The notes beneath the pieces were generated by a model, which was not told where the DNA came from, ran no database searches, and was given only the letters and a program-made list of their open reading frames with translations. Made by a program: the position numbers and the translations under genes. Of a stretch of 52,723 nt of DNA, positions 22,001-29,394 are shown one piece after another (position 1 is the stretch's first letter; each line of letters begins with the position of its first letter). The DNA comes from a virus (Duplodnaviria > Caudoviricetes), in IMG/VR virus record IMGVR_UViG_3300027759_000119, positions 1-52,723 of that record. One strand, written 5' to 3'.

Positions 22001-25000
22001 TAGAAGAGTTTTCTAACTTTGGATATGCAACAGACCTGTGCAGTTATAATTGCAGTTTGTATGTTGGAGCACTAAACAGCAGTCTCCAACAGTTAAAAGG
22101 TGGTGTGGTTGAACGCCATGTCAATCAAAGCCGTGCATATGGAATTACCACAGCCACAGTGGCCAATGCCAACTTAGATAGCGGCGATACTATCAGAATC
22201 AACAACCAAGATGTTGTGGTTCCCAATGCATGGAGTAATACTGCATCTTATGCAACAGATACTGTGGTGTACAACTTCAGTGCTGCCACTGCAATAACTT
22301 CAATATATTTGAGTTTGCAAAACGTACCTGCAGGCACTGCACTGTCCAACACTTCGTATTGGACAACAATCACAACAACTGCAATCACTGCCAGTGCAGA
22401 AGTACGTGCGTTGGCCGCACAAATCAATGTAGATGTGCCCAATGTACAGGCCACAGTTGACATTGACGGGTATTTAACTATTGCTGTTCAGAACTCAGCA
22501 GCAGCACCAGTGGGCAACAAACTAAATGTTGCACCAGGCAGTGTTGGCACTACATTTGCTGATCTTGAGTTTGAAACTTATGTGTTTACACAAACAATCA
22601 ACAGTCCATATCCTGCAGACTATGCAGGATTTGGCAGCAGTTTAAGTATAGAAGATAGTGCTATAAATCTAGTGGTTGGTGCACCTCGCGGCACATTGTA
22701 CTTGATCACAATTTTTGACCTCAACAACACTGTGTTTGACGAAGCGGCCACAGATTTCTTTGATCAAACTGTACAAAGTGGTGCAGTTTACACCTACGAT
22801 TTGTTGGCCAGTGCCACACCATCGGTCAGCAACCCAGACAAGTTTGTGTTTGGTCAACAAATTGACAATCCTGATGTGGTATCTTACGACCAGTATGGCA
22901 CAGCAGTAAACTACACCGATGGTGTGTTGTTCACAGGTGCGCCCGGCAACGAATTTGAAGACAGCACACTCACAGCAAACTATGGACGAGTATTTGTGAG
23001 TACCAACGAAACTCGCACACCTTCGTGGACTGTGTTGCGTGAGCAGAAACCTGTGGTAGATGTGAGATTGTTGAACTCTGTTTACTCATATGATAGACTC
23101 ACATCGGCCACCACACAGTATTACGATTTCTTTAATCCGCTGCAAGGCAAGATTCTTGGAGCCGCCAGACAAAACTTGGACTATATTGGTGCAGTAGATC
23201 CTGCCAGTTACAATGTTGGCCCTGTTGGCATACGTGGCACCACCTGGGGACAAAGTCGTGTGGGCGAGACCTGGTGGAATACCAGCACAGTGAGATTTAT
23301 TGATCCCAATCAGGATGATATTGTGTATGCAAGTCGTCGTTGGGGGCAAGTGTTTCCAGGCAGCACTGTGGACGTTTATCAATGGATTGTGAGCACAGCA
23401 CCTCCTGCAAACTATGTAGGGGAAGGAACTCCATATAGCATTGATAGTTATGTGGTAAACACTGTATTAAGTACCAATGGTATTTTTAATACTGAATATT
23501 ATTTTTGGGTGCGCGGTATAACTGCTACTGCCACACAAAAAGGCAAAACTCTGCCAGTCAGCACTGTGGCCAACTATATTGAGAACCCCAGAGCATCGGG
23601 TATAACTTATCTTGCACCCATTGATGCTAGTACCATTGCACTGTACAATGCCGGCAATTACATCAATGCACAAGACACTATCATCAGCATTGAGTTTGAC
23701 AAAGAACTCACTGAAGACAATGTTCACGTTGAATACGAGTTGGTTGCGCAGGATCGAGAAGACGCATTCATCAGCAGAAACTTATATCGCAAAATGCAAG
23801 ACAGTTTTTGTGGGGTTGATACCAACGGCAGTTTAGTACCTGACATCAATCTTGGAGTGGCAGAACGTTATGGTGTGCAGTTCCGCCCACGCCAAAGCAT
23901 GTTTGTGGATAGATTCGCAGCGTTGAGAAACTACTTAACTCGGGCCAACTCAGTGCTGGCAAGATATCCTATTTCTGAAAGCCGTCAATTTGTGTTGTTG
24001 AACAGCAGCGAACCTGAGCCATTGCCAGGATCGGGTGCATGGAACAAACGTGTGGAAAATTTAGAAATACTAGAGTTCCAAAATATCAGTACTGTAGCAT
24101 TGGGATACAAATATCTAGTAGTAAGCGATTCTAGCAACAGAGGACTGTGGACAATTTACACTGTTGAAGAAAGAGATACTGGTGCCGGTATTGTAAGAGT
24201 TTTGCAATTGACTCAGGTACAAAATTATGACACCACACAATACTGGAGTTATATCAATTGGTACTTGCCAGGATACAATAGCAGTAGCAAAATTATTGCT
24301 GAAGTTCCAAATGTAGCCAGTTTAGATACGTTGAATGTCTCTGTTGGCAGTAGTGTAAAGGTCACTGCCAATAGCCTGGGTAAATTTGAAATTTATTTAC
24401 GTGGTGCTACTGGATTTGAACGTGTGGGATTGCAAGATGGCACCATTGAATTTTCTGCACAATTATGGAATTACCAACTAGGACGGTTTGGATTTGACGT
24501 TGAAGTTTTTGACGCTCAGTATTATGACCAAGAACCTGTGATTGAAACACGCAAGATCATACAGGCCATCAATGAAGAATTATTCATTGATGATTTGCAA
24601 ATTGAACGCAATCGTCAACTGACATTGATGTTCAACTTTGTGCTCAGCGAATTCGCTGCTCCTGAATGGTTGGTTAAAACTAGTCTGATTGATGTGGAAC
24701 ACAGAATTCGTAGTTTGACCAAATTTCAAAACTACAGTCGTGACAATCAAGAGTTTGTGCTGGACTATATTCAAGAAGTCAAACCCTATCATGTGCAAGT
24801 CAGAGAATTTAACCTGCGATACAATGGCTTTGATCAATGGTTTGGAGACATAGCTGACTTTGATTTACCGGCATACTATAATACCAGTTTGCAGATACCT
24901 CAATTTACCAGTCCCATCTTGTTGCCGTATGCTCACAGTACTGCATTTAATTCTGAAACCAACACGCTAAGTGATTTACCAGCCAACTCAACAGTCTGGT

Positions 25001-28000
25001 CATCTTGGCCATATAGCCAATGGTACGGCAATTATCTATTGAGACTGGATTCTGTTGAATTGATCAACGGTGGGTCAGGTTACACTGAACCTCCTGTGAT
25101 TGAAATTACCCCTAACCCCAATGACCCTGCACCAGAAATACTAGCACAAGCCGTTGCGGTGTTAAATGGCCAAGGACAAGTTGTTGGCATAAATGTCACA
25201 GTCAACGGTGCAGGCTATCATTCCACACCAACAGTTACTTTCATTGGTGGCAATGGCTCTGGAGCCATTGCATATCCACGCATGACAAATGATGTTGTTC
25301 GTCAATTCCGTACAGTAATTAGATATGACCGATTCCAGTACCAAACTACTATACAGACTTGGAGTAGCCAAGGAACTTACGAAAACGGAACTTTGGTTCG
25401 CTATGATAATCGTGTATGGTCCGCACTCAATGCTGACGGCAGTAGTGCAGTAGTTGGCCCGACATTTGATCTAGAAAATTGGCAATTGGTCAACGCAGCC
25501 ACATACACTTATCCAGGCAGCACACAGGCCACTGGATTGACTGGTGTAGACCGAACTATGGGCCTGTACGTTCCTGGAGCCAATGAGTTTGGATTAGAGT
25601 TACCGCTGTTGGTAGATGGAGTAGACTATCCTGGCGTACAAGTATGGGGCGATTACTTCACAGGCACACAAACACTGGACGCCAACTATCAAAGTGAGTT
25701 TGCTGACATTTATCTCGGCGAACGTTTCTCAGACATCAATGTAGACGGCGGCGAGTTCATTGGACCATATGAAGGTCATGCACCAGAAGAACTGGTAAAC
25801 GGATCAGAGTACGATACCTTGGACATGCGTATCTACACTCGCCCAGGTGCAGACTGGCAAAACGACGGGCACGGGTTTCAAATTGGCACAATTCGTTACA
25901 CATTTGAACCAGGTATTACATTTGATTACAGTTGGGCTGGAATTGTAGAACATCCATTCAATATTGTTGTGTCTAATTTGACCACTGGTCGGGTGCTGAC
26001 CAGAGATATTGATTATGTTGTTAACTGGAACGACAGCACAGTTACCATCAACAACAATGTCAATTCAGGTGCTATTATCAGCATAGATGTTTATGAAATT
26101 GGTGGCGGAAGTCAGTTGTTCAAAGGCAACTACACAGGTGCAGATGTTATAGCAGACAACAAAACAATAATTATTCCAGTTGGATACAAAGAGATTGTGG
26201 ATGTTGATGTGTTTGTAAACGGCAATTTGGTAGCACTTCCTGAAATTGAACCATACACTGCCAGTCAAGTTTATAATCAAAACAACACGTATCAATCCAT
26301 TGATATTGTATTCAACAACAATCAACTGGCAGTGACCAACACAGTGAGTGTTTACAATTTGGTCACTTGTAATAACACCAGCGCATTAACAATTGGTCAG
26401 CCAATAGTGTTCACTGGCACAGTGTTTGGCGGAATTATTGCAGGACAAGAATACTACGTGCAGGGAATTCTCAACGGCACACAATTCTACATAACAAATA
26501 TTGCAGGGTCTACCGCTCCTTTGGCATTGACCACAGCGTCAGGACTAATGACTGGATCACCAAAAGGCGCATACTATCGTGCTATCCAAACAGTTCCTCC
26601 AGGAATTTTGTTGACTGACATCAACTATTGGATACCGTTTGTTCCTTCAGTTCGTAGCAAGATTAGAATTACTGCTTCTATCAGCGCCAATGATGAAATA
26701 TCAGTACTGGTATTAGGCGATGCAAACAGTATCACAGTGACTGATACTCAAGCATCGGGCAATGCTATTGTATTATTGGGATCAACTGCATCTTTAAGCG
26801 TGGGACAAACTGTCACATTCTCAGGTTATAGTTTGGGTGGTGTACTAACTGGAACTACCTACCAGATACTCAGTATCATTGACGACTCCATGAGCGCAAT
26901 TACTATCACAGAAGATGGTGTAACAGAAGTTTCTTTGATCGACGACGAAGCCGCTTGGTCTGGAGAATGTGTGGCAAAATTTGTGCCCACAACTTTTCAA
27001 AGTTGGAGCACTCCAGTAATTGAAACATTTATTGTAGATCAAAACATCATTGACAACGGATCAGTGGAAATAGATAATGCACCTACATTCAGCAACCCAG
27101 CCAACATGATTGTCATGGTCAATGGATATAGAATACTTGGCCCAAGTTGTATAGAATGGATTGGCGATGGCACCACATCTAGTTTTGGTTTGCCACAACG
27201 CATGGGCTCTAGTTTTTCTCAATCGCTTATTGATGCAGTCAATGACATACAGGTGTATGTAGATGGCGTGCTACAAAAACAATCATTTGGTGCCGAAGAC
27301 GGGGTATACAGTGTTACAACCTGGGATGGAAGCAATACTCCTGGACGACAAGTTGTGTTTGATACTGTGCCAGTTGACGGTGCAGTTATTTTAATTGCAG
27401 TCAGCACCATTGCAGACTGTGAGTTTGCATACAATCCTGTTGTGCCAGAATTTACATCTACCTTGCAAATTTCCAGCACACTTAACTTGGGCGATATTGT
27501 TCAAGTTATCACGTGGAATGATACCCGTGAACAAAATGCATTGACATTGACGTTTGCTGGCCCAGTACAAACAGGTACAACAATCTTTCAAGCATACGAT
27601 ACCACAGACTATGACAGCCCAACGCTGAATGATCCCACTCAACCACTGCCTGGCGAGTTTGCTTATGAAGTTGGCACATCAAGTCCAATCAATGACTTTG
27701 ACTTGTTGCGCACCAACATTGATGCCAGCAGATTATGGGTAACATTGGATGGCTATAGATTATTTGAAGGCAGTGATTATACAATTCAAGGACAATATTT
27801 AATATTAGCGCAAGGTGCAATTAGTGCGGCTGAAGAATTGATTGTCACTGAGTTTACTAATTCTGTTGTGCCAGAAGCAATAGCATTCCGTGTGTTCCAA
27901 GACATGCGAGGAGTACAAGCCACTTATAGAATGACCACAGCCACTACTACACAAGTGGCACAAACTGTCAGCGCCACAACCGATGTCATTTACGTGGAAA

Positions 28001-28596
28001 ATGCAGCAGCGTTGAGCGAGCCAGACTTACCTGCTGGTGTGTTTGGCATCATAACCATTGATGGCGAGCGTATTATGTACAGATATCGTAATCTAGTTAC
28101 CAACAGTGTTTCTGGATTGCAACGTGGCACAGCCGGCACAGCAACAAATAGTCATACTGTAGGCGCAGATGTGTATGACATTGGTCGTGGCAACTTGTTG
28201 AATGTTCAATACCAAGACTATGTGGTAAAAGACACAGGCATGGGCGATGGCACCACTGCGGTATTTTATGCACCTAGCATTGATATTGCTGATTTTGGTG
28301 ATTCTAGCACAATATACGTAGAAAGCATTGAAGTATATGTGGGCGGTACACGCCAATACAACTACAGTGATACTACAGCCAACAGTGAATATCGTTACAT
28401 TGTTTCTTTATTTGACCCATTGGCGATCGAGTTCATAGTTGATGATACGTACTCGGCGCCGGCTGCCGGCAGCGAAGTGACCATACTGCAACGCCGTGGC
28501 CAGACGTGGTATCAACCAGCCGACGGTAACCCCAGCAACGGTATTGCATTACAAGAAACTGATACAATAGCCGCAAGGTTTTTGTGTGACAGATAA
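13075..28596 (+). CDS. Giant 5173-aa virion structural protein (gp7-like baseplate wedge or fibre anchor) with FG-GAP propeller, carbohydrate-binding-like and other modules
   Basis: One uninterrupted ORF right after gp6. It begins RSVDFLPEIFRTPVNKQFL and contains YIQEVKPYHVQVREF, seven FG-GAP-like blades, W..Y..G..V.Y modules and GDG.T..F repeats. Confidence 0.8.
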   Translation: MARTRSVDFLPEIFRTPVNKQFLAATLDQMVQEPKFKKTQGFIGRTVGPGVNPNDSYVVEPDVTRQDYQLEPGVISLEADTQNVKNVITYPGMNDAIGFQGGDQARADQLYNSEYYTWDPFVDYDAFINFSQYFWLPSGPETVDVRSLGVPTNDNFVVTRENGVYTFSGLSGNNPTIDVVRGGSYTFQVAQNTKETVNYRVTNNSTTSYLIDFQANPTLTLARGNTYVFNITLNGVYPFWIKTALSLGTGDAYNSGVLRNGSSFGLVTFVVPQDAPDTLYYVSENQTNLRGTINIVDGTPGTGPGFWIQTAPGVDGVVPTTPNLSNRGVYGVTNNGEDLGIVTFDVPQKTAQEFYYNLTDVGPIDLLTELKFNQINNQPLAQFIETYGGIDGTTYLNGRTLVFTNDIADAEDGGWIETTFYDPLPRLDSFNGAVGSYDSINFDQSTQVPLADRYQVWQISTVDRNGVEYISLAKIADVGINEKFTISYGNTYSNTSWYKNAVGYFQRIPLLTALFNELYYQDGTDPEIFGKIRLLDQTETSTIFVDQIIGQKTYTSPNGVAFTNGLKVRFTGDVLPVSYSSGTTTFTCTATQAGSNYITCSSTAGLYEGEEIVFSGTAAGGIVAGQSYYIKSIAANGIQFSIATVTDGATFELSTATVVGFTAVAIANNEYYVAGVGTAIELLPVRNFVTPETYVVDARDSTIATEPGEVDYLTIDRASKDLNAWTRSNRWFHVEVIQASATYNNTVATLDNNYRAKRPIINFRPNIRLYNMGTEGKQPVDIIDFSETDALSNIEGSTGYSVDGYTFVDGTRVIFAADSDPEVRDKIYVVQFITPDSVAPLITQPIITLVLASDGAVLLDQSVVCLEGTTQKGISFWYDGVQWTEAQQKTSVQQAPLFNVYDLAGISFGDRAKYPSSTFTGSKLFSYAVGDTGILDPILQFPLQYLNINNVGDIVFENNLYKDTFLYVEDNVSITSDISSGVAREYIDRTTFGKLIGWQTAAASSQQYQQFKFTYTGQTLKLDVAVGTATVLPPIKIYVSSGYLMPDEYSYLVGTDNTTITLIKTYLPTDIIEVLVLSEQTSSTAFYQVPINLQNNPLNTNSPSFTLGTIRTHYESICENLLTLSGPVNGANNTRDLGNLVPYGATILQQSSPLTLAGYFLRSEKYNIFSSLQYNSNEYLKFKGQMLNTAIQQVVQFQTAGEILDIAMADITLGRIESQPFYWSDMIPAGAVYQTTTFTISNTTNDTFDTIDVYNYTSANYQGMNVYLNGEILTRDLDYVVATDGPRIVVSVTLTLGDVLTINEYSATYGSFVPNTPTKLGLYPAFRPEIITQKTSSGSQTVIVGHDGSITRTFGDIRDDVLLEFETRIFNNLKLDGNPVPISITEVLPGQFRNTGYSISDINNILSTDFLSYVAWNKLDYKTQDYSAANEFSWNYSGSTSRLDNATLPGAWRGINRYYYDTQQPEETPWQMLGFSIRPTWWNLVYGDGPYTQDNLVLWDDLEAGYVADPVAPYYLPEYARPGLTSVIPTSTEGALLSPFDSVVGTYNDTTFRKSWSVGDGGPVEASWWNSSAYPFAVMRLLALTRPAKFFALFADRDLYKFDADLDQYLYNNRYRLNANDLEIYGNGVSKASYIDWIVDFNRQSGMDSTADLTADLGALDVRLCYRMASFSDKQYIKIYTEKSSPNSTNTTFLIPDESYDLVLYKNQPFDRASYSAVVIQKVAGGYAVFGYSTSQPYFNIIQSIYAGRLQTYSAGGISVQVPTFYTNNVTQIPYGFIFASETAVSDFLLSYGQYLERQGLVFDNRTNGYELNWGQMVNEFLYWSQQGWDENALINLNPLAFKLSISRDNAVVDSIAAQTSDNILLDQNRRELPTRNLIITRLDNTFTCEPATDQTLSYIDLKYTSYEHMIVLNNASVFGDLIYQPVTGARQSRLNLIAVTTTEWNGSVDAQGFILNQDNIQDWNSYSTYTKGQIVKYKGAYWSAATIVQPTAVFNANDWLASDYTRIELGLLPNLANKANQLQNSYNINSANLETDNDLLSYGLIGFRPRQYMTSLNLDDVSQLNVYRQFLGSKGTILSAELFAQANLGKESADYSIYENWAVQRAVYGANANRSFFQLRLNRALLDSNPSLIQIVNPQETSQADQTVLVSDIWRQSYNITSPDILPTTTTLPTDIALPTAGYVNLNDVDITVFNIDNTDSLAANINSIGVGTNVWVAKINAYDWAIYRTQSVPGTINHVCDNLDGTSLVIFSGQHGLTANDKLVIRFFDTEVDGVYSVISVVSLDTITVAFSFTGDRTVVNGTGLGFTLQTQRVAQASDVLNLPYANTIEPGAKVWVDDNGSGLWTVLEKQEVFTELLGLSPAEVDQGEQYGSAIAQAQNRYAALVGSPRYRFPVGATQWTIANEYVEFSIVYVPDPLQTEFFYAPAPVPQGISIYNTAYWTPYPLTNLPPRGGVYVYVKSDSNVYAPVSALAPNDAVLSLDVLDVSGGPYNGQTAAREYGTSVDFGNQTWAVAGAPGSLGSTGTVDNGYAVVIFRDPQLAAPGNIPYGQWQLLTSPGSITAAEEFGYSVAISQDERWMYIGAPGANAVYAYGRVDWELQNLKAVGDGATTNYFIGDVIKIDANTQLTVSVDGDEQILGTDYVVLNSLTMVVFTTPPAEGNAIEIIRTSRKILDYQATYNVSQSATSGAGLGAKFTVVYQRNEVGQPAAGKGLVSVTTGGANYTVSDTITLSAASFGGALANGNITLTVTSIGAGGSVTGFSTAYTPSVLVSTFSLNEYLFSADNIYSFTLLVDGVVQRPNIDYTFNNATCDVTFAAASNPPAGASIIVRAEGYFEYSGTITYAGSQAGDRFGHTVSTSTDGRQVLIGAPYTTESSLTEAGTVYVFDRDVQRFFYGTEGSTVSFTVLGSVSEPVSVLVNNTFFVNELSAAPDETDTFSVNGNTITILGNLQVGDIIEIETNNFQFVQAVAQNAVEEFSNFGYATDLCSYNCSLYVGALNSSLQQLKGGVVERHVNQSRAYGITTATVANANLDSGDTIRINNQDVVVPNAWSNTASYATDTVVYNFSAATAITSIYLSLQNVPAGTALSNTSYWTTITTTAITASAEVRALAAQINVDVPNVQATVDIDGYLTIAVQNSAAAPVGNKLNVAPGSVGTTFADLEFETYVFTQTINSPYPADYAGFGSSLSIEDSAINLVVGAPRGTLYLITIFDLNNTVFDEAATDFFDQTVQSGAVYTYDLLASATPSVSNPDKFVFGQQIDNPDVVSYDQYGTAVNYTDGVLFTGAPGNEFEDSTLTANYGRVFVSTNETRTPSWTVLREQKPVVDVRLLNSVYSYDRLTSATTQYYDFFNPLQGKILGAARQNLDYIGAVDPASYNVGPVGIRGTTWGQSRVGETWWNTSTVRFIDPNQDDIVYASRRWGQVFPGSTVDVYQWIVSTAPPANYVGEGTPYSIDSYVVNTVLSTNGIFNTEYYFWVRGITATATQKGKTLPVSTVANYIENPRASGITYLAPIDASTIALYNAGNYINAQDTIISIEFDKELTEDNVHVEYELVAQDREDAFISRNLYRKMQDSFCGVDTNGSLVPDINLGVAERYGVQFRPRQSMFVDRFAALRNYLTRANSVLARYPISESRQFVLLNSSEPEPLPGSGAWNKRVENLEILEFQNISTVALGYKYLVVSDSSNRGLWTIYTVEERDTGAGIVRVLQLTQVQNYDTTQYWSYINWYLPGYNSSSKIIAEVPNVASLDTLNVSVGSSVKVTANSLGKFEIYLRGATGFERVGLQDGTIEFSAQLWNYQLGRFGFDVEVFDAQYYDQEPVIETRKIIQAINEELFIDDLQIERNRQLTLMFNFVLSEFAAPEWLVKTSLIDVEHRIRSLTKFQNYSRDNQEFVLDYIQEVKPYHVQVREFNLRYNGFDQWFGDIADFDLPAYYNTSLQIPQFTSPILLPYAHSTAFNSETNTLSDLPANSTVWSSWPYSQWYGNYLLRLDSVELINGGSGYTEPPVIEITPNPNDPAPEILAQAVAVLNGQGQVVGINVTVNGAGYHSTPTVTFIGGNGSGAIAYPRMTNDVVRQFRTVIRYDRFQYQTTIQTWSSQGTYENGTLVRYDNRVWSALNADGSSAVVGPTFDLENWQLVNAATYTYPGSTQATGLTGVDRTMGLYVPGANEFGLELPLLVDGVDYPGVQVWGDYFTGTQTLDANYQSEFADIYLGERFSDINVDGGEFIGPYEGHAPEELVNGSEYDTLDMRIYTRPGADWQNDGHGFQIGTIRYTFEPGITFDYSWAGIVEHPFNIVVSNLTTGRVLTRDIDYVVNWNDSTVTINNNVNSGAIISIDVYEIGGGSQLFKGNYTGADVIADNKTIIIPVGYKEIVDVDVFVNGNLVALPEIEPYTASQVYNQNNTYQSIDIVFNNNQLAVTNTVSVYNLVTCNNTSALTIGQPIVFTGTVFGGIIAGQEYYVQGILNGTQFYITNIAGSTAPLALTTASGLMTGSPKGAYYRAIQTVPPGILLTDINYWIPFVPSVRSKIRITASISANDEISVLVLGDANSITVTDTQASGNAIVLLGSTASLSVGQTVTFSGYSLGGVLTGTTYQILSIIDDSMSAITITEDGVTEVSLIDDEAAWSGECVAKFVPTTFQSWSTPVIETFIVDQNIIDNGSVEIDNAPTFSNPANMIVMVNGYRILGPSCIEWIGDGTTSSFGLPQRMGSSFSQSLIDAVNDIQVYVDGVLQKQSFGAEDGVYSVTTWDGSNTPGRQVVFDTVPVDGAVILIAVSTIADCEFAYNPVVPEFTSTLQISSTLNLGDIVQVITWNDTREQNALTLTFAGPVQTGTTIFQAYDTTDYDSPTLNDPTQPLPGEFAYEVGTSSPINDFDLLRTNIDASRLWVTLDGYRLFEGSDYTIQGQYLILAQGAISAAEELIVTEFTNSVVPEAIAFRVFQDMRGVQATYRMTTATTTQVAQTVSATTDVIYVENAAALSEPDLPAGVFGIITIDGERIMYRYRNLVTNSVSGLQRGTAGTATNSHTVGADVYDIGRGNLLNVQYQDYVVKDTGMGDGTTAVFYAPSIDIADFGDSSTIYVESIEVYVGGTRQYNYSDTTANSEYRYIVSLFDPLAIEFIVDDTYSAPAAGSEVTILQRRGQTWYQPADGNPSNGIALQETDTIAARFLCDR

Positions 28597-28600
28597 CACG

Positions 28601-28608
28601 GATAAATA
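28601..28608 (+). promoter_or_regulatory. Putative late promoter (GATAAATA)
   Basis: TAAATA box in the short gap after the giant gene, 7 nt before the ATG at 28616. Confidence 0.6.
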
Positions 28609-28615
28609 AAAGACC

Positions 28616-28768
28616 ATGTCAAACACAGCACCAAAACAGGCAACCGAAGCACAAAAAACTGCACCACAGGCCCGCCGCCCAAACGAAACCGGTACAATTA
28701 GTGTGCAAGCGCACATGCGAATTTTTGATCCAAAAACTCAGAAAACTTACGTGGAGGGGCGAGCATGA
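28616..28768 (+). CDS. Small 50-aa hypothetical virion protein (missed by the ORF track)
   Basis: MSNTAPKQATEAQKTAPQARRPNETGTISVQAHMRIFDPKTQKTYVEGRA*. It fills the gap, follows a late promoter and overlaps the next gene by ATGA. Confidence 0.75.
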   Translation: MSNTAPKQATEAQKTAPQARRPNETGTISVQAHMRIFDPKTQKTYVEGRA

Positions 28769-29370
28769 TTCAGCCTGGACTGTGCAAAATTGAGGGATTT
28801 GTTAAAATACACGACCCCAAAACTGGCGAAGTGCTGGTGGACAAAAAGAATGCAATTCACTACGAGAATATTAGTTTGGCCATGGCTCAAACTCTGAGCG
28901 ATCGCAACACTGGTTATATCTACGAAATGGCATTTGGCAATGGTGGATCCAGCGTGGATCCCACAGGCGTTATCACTTATTTGCCCCCAAACACCACTGG
29001 TCAGAACGCTGACTTGTACAATCAAACCTACGCCAAAGTAGTAGATGACAATTCTGCTGCAGATACTGACCCTGAAAACAACAAAATGACACCGTTGCAT
29101 GTGAGTGGCAATGTTTACAGTGATATTTTGGTAACATGTTTGTTGGACTACGGCGAACCTCCAGAACAGCAAGCATTTGACAATTCAACCAATTTCAGTG
29201 GTGAATTTGTATTTGACGAACTTGGATTAAAAACATGGAATGGGGCAGTAGATAATTTACGCTTGATCACACACGTGATTTTCCATCCTGTACAAAAGAG
29301 TTTGAATCGTCAGATTCAAATTGATTACACCCTGCGTATACAGACGCTGAGTAACATAAATGCTGTATAA
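28765..29370 (+). CDS. Virion structural protein (baseplate or tail-fibre attachment-like)
   Basis: 201 aa. KNAIHYEN, MAFGNGG, FVFDELGL and LITHVIFHPVQKS..RQIQIDYTLRI resemble phage fibre-attachment domains. Confidence 0.6.
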   Translation: MIQPGLCKIEGFVKIHDPKTGEVLVDKKNAIHYENISLAMAQTLSDRNTGYIYEMAFGNGGSSVDPTGVITYLPPNTTGQNADLYNQTYAKVVDDNSAADTDPENNKMTPLHVSGNVYSDILVTCLLDYGEPPEQQAFDNSTNFSGEFVFDELGLKTWNGAVDNLRLITHVIFHPVQKSLNRQIQIDYTLRIQTLSNINAV

Positions 29371-29373
29371 ATA
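29366..29373 (+). promoter_or_regulatory. Late promoter, exact T4 consensus TATAAATA
   Basis: TATAAATA about 21 nt upstream of the tail fibre ATG at 29395. Confidence 0.75.
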
Positions 29374-29394
29374 TAGCAACTAGGAACCTTTGAC

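Noticed and set aside
13075-28596. Intein, intron or frameshift explaining the 5173-aa ORF
   Set aside because: I saw no intein splice motifs or homing-endonuclease motifs. The length is explained by repeated structural modules.
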